A stretch of DNA of 64,000 nt from Trichosphaerium sp. ATCC 40318 (Eukaryota; Protista; Tubulinea), in contig JALMLS010000256.1 in the NCBI GenBank assembly GCA_038496445.1, forward strand, positions 62,001 through 126,000, read 5' to 3'. The notes under the pieces were generated by a model, which had not been told where the DNA came from, ran no database searches, and worked only from the letters and a program-made list of their open reading frames with translations. The position numbers were made by a program, and so were the translations under genes. Below are positions 24,908 through 36,555 of the stretch, one piece after another; the stretch's first letter is position 1, and every line of letters begins with the position of its first letter.

Positions 24908-27502
24908 TCAACCACAACAGATATCAGAATATTTCCTGAAAAAGCTTCCGAATGGTTTTTTTGAATATACGTAAACGTATCACAACTTGTGAAAACGACT
25001 CCACCTAAACTGCTTTAGCACTTTTGAGAGAATAACAAGCCGTGATCCCTTAATTTCATACCACTTGTCAGACATTACACCTGTCTAGTTTCTTTGACCT
25101 TGGCTCATAGATGGACGAAATTGTAGACAGTGTTACTAATTTATTGCGTTTCTTTTGGTGTAATTTTTATCACGTGCTTTACTTGAATAAGTCCTTGTAG
25201 ATGCTTTATTGCAATACTGTTAATCTCAGCTTCTTCTTGTTTAATATTAATGATACCACCATCAACAATTGTAGCTTTCTTGTAAAACCAATCATTGCAG
25301 AAATTGACAATCATAGCATCGTTTGTCATCACTCCGAAAGATAGCCATTCTAGCATGTTAGGTAGTTTTGACATGTCGATATCCTTTTTGAATAATATAC
25401 ACAGTATCTTAGTAGATAGTCTACCCACTTGATACTTATCAGCCATGGCATATAATCGAAGCAATCTTGAAAGTATCTTAGTACTAACTTTATCAGTTTT
25501 AACATAGTCAATAAACATTTCAACTGTAGCAGGTTTCTCCTCTAATGTCAAGGTGTTACCACATTCTGACACTTGAGACTTAATAACATCTTTAAAGAAT
25601 GGACAACGTTCACAAAGTAGATCCTAAAAAGCATCAGAGTGAATGAAAAAACACTACTCACAGAATTTATCTCATATTTCTGCTCTTGTGAAATGATTGT
25701 AAAGTTATCGTTTGATTCACGCTCTGGATCCAATTCTCCTTGCTCTACAATTTCATAATTTTGAGGAAACCAATAAACTTGTTTCACAGCATCTACGTAA
25801 CAATGGATTAACACGGAAAAACCAAACAATAATGAAAATTATTTTTTTAAACAAAAAGTCAGTACCTTCATCTTTATCAGGAGTATCAAGTTGTTTAGAA
25901 GTTAGATTGAATAGAGCACTAGCCAAAGGGAAAGGCTCATTTAAATCAAGTAAATTGACACATGCAAATCTAACAATTTGTCCTTTCCTACCAAGAAGTT
26001 CAAAGCACTTATTAATAATATGCTCGGCACATGTTCTAACACTCTTATCTCCTACAAATAGATTATTATAAAGTACACCAAAGATGGCTTGAATTAGAAA
26101 AGAAAAAAATTACAAATCACGTGCCTGTATAACTCGGAAATTGAGACTGAAATTTTTCAAAGTGGTCATCTAATGCTTTCTCAAAAAAATCAAGATGTGT
26201 TAACACGAATACAACGTTAGCGTTTTTAACATTCTGAGTTGAAATTAATGGTTCCAAATATTGGTTAAATATGGTCAAAGGCTCTTCGTGATATTGACTA
26301 AGAGGAACGAATCTTTGGCAATATTAAAAGATGAGAAAATACAATAATATAAAAATAGCCTAAGGCGAACAAGCACTTGTGGTTTGGTTTGATGTGAACA
26401 TACCCAATCAGGGAAAATACCATAATCGCAGTATCATGCTGCCGCATGCATGAAAAATACTTTCTCTTTTCAGTGCAACGAGCTGAGTTACAAAAGTCAT
26501 TAACTGAAGAGTTTGCTATTTTAAAAAAATGCAAGGTACTTACAGTAGTCGCACAGTTCGCACTTATCACCAGTTGATAGTGTCAAAACATATTCATCCA
26601 AATGGCCTTGAAGCACACGTGTGTACAATCTATCTGAGAGAGTACACTCTTCATATTCATCAGTGAACGCCAACACGCAATCAATGTTTCTGTTTTTTTT
26701 TTGTTAGCAATGTTGTTACATAAAAGCCAACTGCGGACTCACTTTAGCAAGTTATGCCATCTAAATCTATACCAAGAGTCTTTCATGCATTCTTCAAATA
26801 ATGACATAAACTGTTTGTTATTTCGAAGTCTTACAACGTATTTTAGCAAGTAAGCAAAAAAATATTACTGATTATAACCAACTTAAAACAAAAGTTGGCG
26901 TTCTTAAACGCATACCTTCTCAAGGATTCCTGAGCAAGTGGTTCCCAACAGTAACGCAATACTCGTATTATCTCATGTGCATCGTTTTTGCTCTCCTAAC
27001 AAATCATCAACGGTACAGGATACACAAAAAAAAATTCCAAAAAAAAAAACAACATGATCACTTGTAAGATCTTGTCCGTTGTTATCAAGATAATCACGAA
27101 GTTGCAGGTATTGATACAGAGCTACTAATGTTGGTTTTGTTTATACGCACACTATCAACTTTCTGGAATGTCTCGTGCTCGCTAAAAAGTTCAAGAGCAT
27201 TGTGTATACACTCAGCAATGCTAGATTTAGTATGTGTGAGGGTTGATCTGCCTGCTGTGTTATACGGCATTATTTGAAGGAACCGTGTTGTCAAAGTCGT
27301 TTTTCCTAGCAAGTGGGTAGTGTAACGCTAAGTTTAACGGTGAATACCTGCTCCGTCATCGCCTAAAAATGTAAATGATTAGTTTCCATTTCCAAGGCCG
27401 TAACGCACCAAAAATAATCACTGAGAACGGCCTCTCGTCGTTTTCATCGTTTTCATCATTCTCTTCCTTGCTTTTGGCTTGTTTATTGCTTTTATTGCCC
27501 AT
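24908..27502 (-). CDS. Ras-like P-loop plus BTB/POZ domain protein, multi-exon
   Basis: MGNKSNKQ start; FSVIIFG|DDGAG|KTTLTTRFL; C-terminal BTB (DNFTIISQEQKYEINS..ILLCERCPFFKD..TLEEKPATVEMFIDYV..LYAMADKYQVGRL); last exon may end ..DICCG-stop. Confidence 0.65.
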
Positions 27503-27802
27503 CAAAGCATAAATCAGTACGAAAACGCGTTGTGAGATATTTTTGGTGCAAAACTGTTGCTTGGTTCGTTGAAAGAAGGTACTTTATTAAACAAAGACAT
27601 GGACTTAAACTATGTTGAGATTTGCCGTTGTCACATACGTGCCAGTCAAGAAATATGTTGATTGCAAATCACGTGCGTTACGCGAACTACGGGTGTACTA
27701 GTAAACTAGTGTAACAAAAACAAACATGGAGCTCTAATGTGCTTAATCATCAAGGTTATTGACTTAACTTGGAAAGTGTAATTAGTCGTTCTACACTCCA
27801 CA

Positions 27803-29823
27803 ATGCCCAACTCGCTATCGTTGCTGCTTGTACTATCATTTTTTGCTCTCATTCTGACGGAATCAGTAAAGTTTCCTGGCCTATCAGGCCGTTATTCCAA
27901 AGAAGAAGTTCGAAAAGTTGTAAAACAATTCGGCAGCTTGCTGGAGCTATCCAAGAAGATTTCTGTAACTAGCGGTGATGCACTAACCGTAAAATGTATG
28001 TAAAAAATGATATGAGCACGTGTCTAACCAATACTAATCGCGTCTGCAAGGTGCTATCTGTGGCATAGTGGTAAACGAGCTTGAAGGTATTCTTGTCGAA
28101 AATCGCTCTTTGAGCGATATAAAAGCTCTCTTTGACAAGAACGTATGTCAACCATTGCCCTATCTACAACGAGAAGAGTGTGAGATCGTAGGTTATTCTA
28201 TACCTGATATTGTGCGCAATAATCAAGCTTGAATCTTGCTAACCCTACTCTTCTACATAGCTAGAACTTTTGGAAGCTAAACACACTGTTCGTGGTGTTT
28301 GTACAGAGATAAAAATGTGTACACAAACAGGCCTACCTGTGCACAATATTACAGGTTACATCGCAATTTACAAAATATCACGTGACTAACAGAAATCATA
28401 GAGGAGATACCAACATTTGTTATTAACCTTGACGATGCTCCTGAGAAAAGATGTACAGTTTGTGTTTTGCGTTTTGTTATACTAATCCGTCTACCAGTAA
28501 CAGAAGTATGTTCTGATCCTAAAATTCGATACAACGGTAGATACCTTATTCAATCTTTGGAAGATGTATTTGACGATACAGCGTTTATACTTGACGACAT
28601 TGGGAAGGTACACTTACAGCTTTATTCACAAAAAAAGCACTTAATATAAAGTCTTTATTTTCTAGGCTCTGAATGAGTTATACTTTCCTTACGAATATGC
28701 ACAAGAGATTAAAGGATGTGCTCAAGCCATGAACGTGTCATACGGATATTTATCCGTACTCAATGTCGGTTACGAAGTTGGGCATGTGCAATCAATGTTT
28801 TTTCTCAGATGTTTCTTATATTTTTTTTGCAGGGCTACCTGTACATCAATAGTAGCGCAAACTATGTCTGGCGATATTTTACATGCAAGAAATATGGATT
28901 TTCCTATTGGCATGGGATTCACTGATATTCTGCACGCTCAAATCGTTTTTGTCATCACTTTTCTGATTTCCCTAGGCGCGACATTCTTTACCAAGCTGAT
29001 TATCAAAGAGGCGGAAAGACTGTTTTCTATGCTACTAACTTTGCTGGATACGCAGGAGTTCTAAGCGGTACAGTACTTATGACACATGTGATATAATGAC
29101 GTTTGAATAGGTCACAAACCTGGCGAGTTTTCTGTAACGATTGATACACGTTTTTTTCCAAAAGGCATATCACAAATGTTTTATGATGTTATTGATGCTA
29201 TCGAGGTACTAGACAACTCAAAACGAATAGCCTGCTCAAGCCTCCCGTCTCTAAACAACAATTGATAGAATACAAATGCGACACTTGTTTCTTTCCTAAC
29301 AAGGGATGTGATGATGAATGAAAACGATTTCAAATCAGCAAAAGAAAACTTGTCAAATGGACCTATTGTAGCAGATGTGTACTATACACTAGCCGGTAAT
29401 TCTCCTGGTGAGGGCTGTGTTATATCTCGTAATAGACAGAATGCTACAGATGTATGGAACTTGAACGCACCAGATCAGTGGTTCTTGTTGGAGACCAATG
29501 TACAACACTAGGTTGTGGTTTTTATTTCTGATACTCTTCTCTTAGTTCGATCATTGGCAACCTGCACCATGGTGGGATGATAGAAGAGATCCCGGTATGT
29601 TACACATGCGTACTCTCGGAAGAGATGGTATCACTTTAGACGGCATGTTCAAGGTAATAGCAAAACTGACGCCAATCTGTTTTTATGTCTAATTTCAATT
29701 TAGAGCGTTCTCTCCCTTAAACCTACACTCAATCTCCAGACAGTCTATAGTATCTTGAGTAATCCAAAGATTGGTTACTATCATAGTTACAGACGCTATT
29801 GTCATTACCCTTGTGTTCAGTAA
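27803..29823 (+). CDS. Saposin-B domain fused to NAAA/acid ceramidase-family Ntn hydrolase, secreted/lysosomal
   Basis: Signal peptide; six-Cys saposin pattern KC|AICGIVVNELE..VCQPLP..EECEI..VCTEIKMC; INLDDAPEKR, CTSIVAQ..HARNMDF, TNFAGYAGVLSG, GEGCVISRNR, LLETN|FDHW, DDRR. Confidence 0.88.
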
Positions 29824-29990
29824 AGTACACACCCCCGCTATCACAAAATGTAGTTCGAGGTTTTTTGGTTTAACAACCAATGACTGCACGTGAAATGAAG
29901 TCAATTACGCTTACAAACTGCTAGCTGTGCGTGTAGTTTTATTTTGACAGGTTTATATTGTGATCACTATGTTACAGTTGTGTTTGAGTT

Positions 29991-30532
29991 TTATTGTTCT
30001 GCAGACGCTTGAGATGGTGGCATTGCGGCTGCAGATGCGTCTGGAATTGGTGGTGATGTAGTTGTTGCTGTCTCTGGTGCAAAACCAAAAAGAGTTTGTA
30101 GTTTTACTTTCCTTTCGTTCCATATTTTCTTAGTACGCTCTATTTTCTCTTGTCTCTCTCGGTAGAACTATTTCGCGTAAGTGTCATTGTTTTTCCGTTA
30201 TGATCAATTGACTGTGTAAAAGTATATATTGTAGTGTTACCTTCTTAGTGTTGCAGTCCAAGTACGCATTTATTTCATTAACGCAACCTTCTTTTCCTTT
30301 TGTAGTTTGGCAATTCAAGGATGTCTGTTGATATTAGTAACGTTTTCCAGGCGATAACACGCACCATTGCCTGTTCATCACATTCACCATAATCTAGTGA
30401 TCCTTGACGCTTTGTATTCTTCTGTAACAGAGATTAGAGCGTAACTAAACCGGTTTTGTAACTTACAATTAAATCTAACATTCCTTCTCCAAAAAATAGC
30501 TTTTCCATCTCCTCCTCCGTAGCTTTATCCAT
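29991..30532 (-). CDS. Twin CX9C (CHCH) mitochondrial IMS protein, COX23/CHCHD7-like
   Basis: Spliced sequence ECDEQAM|TSLNC...GCVNEINAYLDC gives two CX9C motifs. Confidence 0.7.
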
Positions 30533-30715
30533 TTTTAATCTGACAAGCAGCTAGCAAGCTATTTTGAGGACGTTGTTTGGCTCAGTTCAACTAACAACAG
30601 AACTTCAACGACATTTTTTTTACGCGCAAAAATACTACCGACCCTTTTCGTAAAAGTTCAAGAGGTTAGCAAACGACTTTGTAACTGAACAATAGTAACA
30701 CACAACGGGAACAAC

Positions 30716-32194
30716 ATGAAATCTGAATTTAGAGTCAGGTAAAGCCGTCAAAACCCTTTTTATAATTGCCCCTTATGCCTATTAGGATAGTAGAAGTAAC
30801 AGACCTACCAAAATATCAAGGCAAAAAGCCAAATACTTACGTTGAGGCAGCGATCATAGGAGATTACGGGAGAACACAAAGGACGAGCGTTAAACAAGGC
30901 GTACGACGTTATTAAAACTGCAATTTGTCGAAAATGTCTAAACGTAAACTTCTAGGAGTGTAATCCGATCTTTGATAACGAATACAAATGGCGCTTGAAG
31001 AAGAAGAACATTAAATTGCGTCTAACAGTTCGCGTAAGTATTTTTGATAGAAACATAAAACGTCTATTGACGTTTAAAATCATAAACAACAATCGACTGA
31101 CAACCACCACGTCAGTTTTCAACCAACAAAACGAGTTGTAGTTTGGAAGCCTACACGCGAATTTTCAGGTTTCACTAACGCTTTTTCTGTGGTAGCATAA
31201 AAACAACTGGGCAGCTGATAAAAGCTTTGGTAACGTAGAAATCACAATAATGGGTTTAAAATCACAAACGCCAAAGGAATGCTTCTTTAAATTACCACAC
31301 AACCAAGTACGTAATCACTTCATCGTAATAGAACCACTCTCGTGTTCACTCTAGCAATTCAAGCCAAAAAAAATTTGAAATTACCCGTCAACCCGTAAAA
31401 CCCCCAAAATTAATCTATATACTCATACATACTATAGGGGACAATACATTGCGTACTTACATGGTCTGACTTGGAGGATATGAAAAAAGAAGTAGAAACG
31501 CAACGTATGATACGTACAACAATGGCCGCTCAACAACAGCAACAGCAAACAGGATACCCTGGTGCTCAATTTAATACCACTCAACAAGCAATGCCAACAC
31601 CAGGTAAAACAAACCAACCTATGATGCCAATGACTATGAGCATGCAACCAATGCCTATGATGATGCAACCTATGCCTATGAACCCTATGATGTCTATGCA
31701 AGCACCTATGGTTAATCCAATGATGTACACTGGCGGCTATGCGCCAATGCAGATGGGAACTTATCAACGTGCGGCTTTACTATTTTTTTTTTTTTCTCTT
31801 TTGAGATGCATGGTTATATTGTTTGCTTACTTGCCTATTTAGCTGGACCACAGCCAATGATGATGACTGCACCTGCACCTATGTATAATATGGCACCTAA
31901 CGGTCAAGTACCACCACAACAACCAGGTAAATATTTTTTGGCTTGTTTTTTTTTTCATTCGTTTCATTTTTGACGTTGTCTAGGTTTTAATCCAATGATG
32001 GCTACTGCAAGACAAACAAACTACACACAAACAAGCCAATTATACCCAATGATGCCACCAACTGCTACAAATCATCCTGCTGCAGCTCAAGGTACTTTTA
32101 TTGAACTTTTTTTTATTTTTTATTACGTCTATTCTTTCTGTTTTTTGTTAATGTCTATTCAGGTCCTTTCGTTCGTCCTGGACTTGATAAGTGA
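30716..32194 (+). CDS. C2-domain protein with Gln/Met/Pro-rich low-complexity C-terminus
   Basis: FRVR|IVEVTDLP..KPNTYVE..TQRTSVKQG|CNPIFDNEYKW..LRLTVR..DKSFGNVEI, then QQQQQ/MPM-rich tail; 3' end uncertain. Confidence 0.72.
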
Positions 32195-33069
32195 GTATAT
32201 ACCACATATTATTTGCGTAGAGTATTTCCACCCAAGTGCACCTCCCACAAGACGTTTCAAGTTGCGTTAAAAACAGATTGTAAATAAAACATGTCATTAT
32301 TACAATCTTTCTCTGTTACTAGTGTGATGGTATTACATATCCGTAGCTGTTATAATCTCTAGCATGTTTCATTGCTTTGATGATGGTTGTAGACGGATAA
32401 ACTCAAACTAGCAGACTGGAGAGTAAAATACAAAAAAGTTAGTTTTCAAGCCTACTCGAAGACTGCGTGTATTTTTTACTCCATTATGTATAGTTAGACC
32501 GGCACTCTTGAGACGTATTTGTACCGCACCGAACCAGCAGTTTAACGCCTAATACATGGAATTCGAAAAACGCTTGTATTTGAAGTAGTGTAACTTTGAA
32601 AGCGATTGCAAAGCTAATTTTAGCTCAGTTTATGTACGCACGTGGTTTTTTTAAGGCAATTCAGTCCAACTATATCTAAGACCGAGTCATTAACAGCGCC
32701 AATAACCGTGCATTGTTACTCACGTAGTAGTTCAGCCTGCTCCTACGCGGGTTAAAAAAGTTCGTGTTTTTGAACTTCATGGCTACATTCATTACTCCCT
32801 CAACAGTATTGTGTCAATTAAGGCATGGAAGTAGTGCAGTATGCAATGTGTGTCACACGGTTTTCATTTTGTGCTCAACAATCTTACGAAAGTCGAGCAA
32901 ACCTTTATGTGAACAGTATACTACGTGTAAAGTGTTATCATAACCATAGTGCTCATAGGAAAGTACTATGATTGTAGCACCCTAAACGTGCTATTCTTGA
33001 ACTAGGTTTAGTCGTGTGAGCACAACTTAACAAGAAGACTTATTTCTTTGTCAATACCCGAAAACTACA

Positions 33070-34139
33070 ATGACTAAAGCTCTCTTGATTACTTTCTTTC
33101 TATTTTCCGCAGCATTAGCAATCAGTACGCACTCTATTTTAAGAATTGAAATATCAAACTGGCTATTTTCGTTTATAACTCTTTTACATTACAATTTATT
33201 AACCTCAACTAAGGCGTGGGTGACAGGGGGAATTGTAAGTTTATAGCTAGGTCTAATATACTGGCATCATCGTCAGAACCGAATAATCCAGACTTTATCG
33301 TTTCTGATAATGCTACGGAGTATATTAAGTTGGGACCGCCTACCTTCTTGGTTAATATAGACTCAACCTTCTTTTCGTTTACTGTCAACAGCTCAACAGT
33401 AACCAGTGATATATTCGGGAATATAGATATGATTTGCATCATGGAGCAACCGTAGTGTCAGGTAAAATTGAGACTGAAGAGTTTTTTTTTTATTCTATTT
33501 CCACTCAAGCACTCAAAACGCTTTTCTTTGACAAATTTTTCACTTGGTAGCATGCAATACATATAATCTAAAGTCATTACTCTATGATTACGAAAGCAAA
33601 CATTAAAATGAAGCAGTATTGGCTACAAAGTTGAGAAATGCTTCTTTTTTTTCTGAAAAAGTTGTTTTGCTACAATTGTCGTATTGTACTTTTCCTAAAA
33701 TATTCTTGTAGGTTTTTATCTCAAATCATCTAACTTCCCAAACCCTCCTTTTGCAGTAAAATTCAACTCAAATTCATTCAAGTGAGTACCAATAACCAAA
33801 ATCTCTTTAATTATTAATCAATTACATAGTTTTACATTTCCAACAAATCAACAATTGAACGGTGTTTTTACTAGTATGTTTGTGTACGAACCTATACCTC
33901 CAACAACGTTACCTCCAACAACACTGCCTCCAACAACACTGCCTCCAACGACTTTGCCACCAAATACGCTGCCTCCAACTACAATGGCTCCAACAGCAAC
34001 TTTGAGTCCAACAACACAACCTCCGACAACTGTTGCACCGACAACTATTGTACTAAGTGCTTCTACACCAAGAAGTTTATTAGCTTTTTGCTGGTTTTTC
34101 TGCTTTTGTTTGGCAGTGTGTTTGTCAATGAATGCTTAA
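33070..34139 (+). CDS. Small secreted/GPI-anchored mucin-like protein with PPTTL repeats
   Basis: Signal peptide MTKALLITFFLFSAALAI; last exon has PPTTL tandem repeats and a hydrophobic C-terminus. Confidence 0.6.
33898..33980 (+). repeat. 15-bp coding tandem repeat (CCTCCAACAACACTG-like, encoding PPTTL)
   Basis: About 5-6 imperfect copies visible. Confidence 0.85.
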
Positions 34140-34301
34140 AATAAATATTCTGTTTCAATCAATTGGACTCTATACAAAGGCACGATTTTTTCATTTCAGT
34201 CAGGAACGGAGTACAAATTGAAATAAAACAGGTGCATTTACAGGTTCATCAAAATTAGGAAGTAATTACGTCAGGCTTAGCAAGCCTAAGTTGTTTTCAT
34301 T

Positions 34302-36455
34302 TTATTGTACATTTTCTGAAGGAACTTCTGCTTTGTTTAGTTCTTCTTCTGTTAACTTTATTTGATACTGCTTTACCATCTCTAATGGAGGTACATAAGT
34401 ATCAATTGTTCTTTTCCAAAACTCTGGAGGTTGTCTATAAGCAGCATATATCAAACCAGTCGCAAGTCCGCCCTGTTTATTTTGGTAAGTATCCTCAAAC
34501 TTAAGTCTATTGTTTTTTTTCATACCAACCGCTCTGCGTGTCCATATCCAGTCCACATACCTGCTAATGCTAGTATATCGTACATTGATACCATAGCAAC
34601 TAGTGGACCAACTTCAAACATTGGATTATTTGCAATAGCATAGCCAGGATTAGCGTAAGTCAAAACACCTTTAAAACCAAATCAGAAAACCCAACTAGCC
34701 TTCACAATTTATGGTACCTAGCGTAGCGAAGATAGCCCCAGAAGCTCCAGATGATACTCTAGGGAAGTATTAAGATATATTTATAAGCTGTAGGCTTACG
34801 TTAAAGATGTAGTAGCGATTGCACGGAAGCTAGAAAAAAAAACACCCCAAGCACCTTTTGAGGAAAAAAAAGTTAGGAAGAAACCAGAGTTATTTTCGTA
34901 CCTCCACACGTGTACAAACATAATAATTCTTCTGGTTGTAGATAGAATGTTTGTATAACAGGCATCATGGATCCAAGCAACGCCATATTCAGGGCATAGT
35001 ATTTCCCTAAACAAAAATTTTTTAGGAAGAGTTTCAAATACTAAAGAAAAAACATACAATAAAACTGAACGTACAATCATTGTGATAGTAAGGGCTACAT
35101 AGCATTGATGATACTATTTTTAATGGCCTAGAGTTCCAAGGGTTATGTTGACATGTACGCCTAATCATTGGAGCAATTGCTTAGAGTAGGTGTGAGTAAT
35201 TTTCATTTTTGGTGTTTTATTTTTGTTTTCAGTTTAGAACGCACGTTTTGCGAAAGAAAGTGCGAAAAGCGCTGTATTTACGCCTATAATAGTGTTGAGG
35301 AGTATTTGATCTGTTAATTTAGCAAAATGAAACGCGTTTGGTTGCTATAACTGAAAATGAGCTCGTTTTAGTTTGTGATAGTCTAGCGCACGTCTTTTGT
35401 TGGTACAAAGCGTTTCCTAAAGTAAATGTCAAATGCGTTGTCACTCATTGTGCGTTTGAATGACGTACTTGTTCATTTTAAAGAGTGTAGTAACTGCGAC
35501 AGCTTTGGAGAAGTTTAGCAAGAATAAATAACGCAAACTGTACCTGCAATAGTAATTCCAGACGCACAAAGGAATCTAGGGCCTGCATGCTTGAGTATAG
35601 CTCTAAATCGTTGAAATGCTATTCGTAGTTGTTTGTTTAGCTAGAAATCATTGCGTCACATACCTATTGATGTTTTATTTCCTGTTGTGCTTGATTTGGC
35701 TGCGTTTGTACAATAACCATTCGTTGAGCCTAGTAATCGCTTCAAACCTCGCGAGACACGTAAATTATGCGCTTGATACAACCTGTCATGCCCTTGATCA
35801 AAATTGAAGCGTAGCATAGTACACTAAATGTTAACAATTTGACTTTGCTTTGGGCGCCAGCAGGCAAGCTGTTGGTTGTATTTATCCAATGTCAACTGTT
35901 GTTGACTTATTCAAACCATTACAATAGCTATGGTACACTAGGGAATGCGCTTACTGGCATAAAACGCATAAATCAGGTAGGCAACCGAGACACCATAAAA
36001 ACACGCGTTTCTTGACTTGTACTACCAACTACAGCAATTTTTATGCTGATTGCGCCTGTATTTCGTAATGCATGAGCTTACCTAGTTTTCTTACGTTCAT
36101 TTCTAGTCCAGTGTCTGCTAGACGGGTTAGAATAGTCAAAGCATCCACAAACGGGTCACTAAACAAATCTGCGAAGCTATAATGATTTTATGGCGGGTTA
36201 GACGCGTTTTAAATGTTTCAAAGAGATATTCTCATGCTGTGGGCAGACGAAAATGTTCAACTGCTCGCGTATCTGAACCTGTTACAAAAGTGCATGCTAC
36301 ACGAAGCCGTTTGCAAAAAATCGTTTTTCAGTTCTATGGAAGACAACAAGAGCTTGGGAATATAAGGAAAAAATGGAAGTTTTCTTCACGGAACAATCTT
36401 AACGCTCTCTCCATACTTTACGGACCTTTTGGTACAATGATTTGACATTTGACAT
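34302..36455 (-). CDS. Rhomboid-family (PARL/Pcp1-like) membrane protein, probably catalytically inactive
   Basis: SSGASGAIFATL and GHAERL|GGLATGLIY aligning to the canonical HxAHLGG; possible mitochondrial presequence; start approximate. Confidence 0.7.
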
Positions 36456-36555
36456 GTGTCAAAATGTCTTTGTAATTTACGACTCAAAAAAACCTTTTTT
36501 TTTTTGTTTTCTTTTCGTACCGTACCTAGCATTGTTTTTTTGCCAATTTAGCCAA

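Noticed and set aside
31432-31767. His-rich ORF on the minus strand
   Set aside because: Antisense shadow of the Met/Gln-rich exon of the C2 protein
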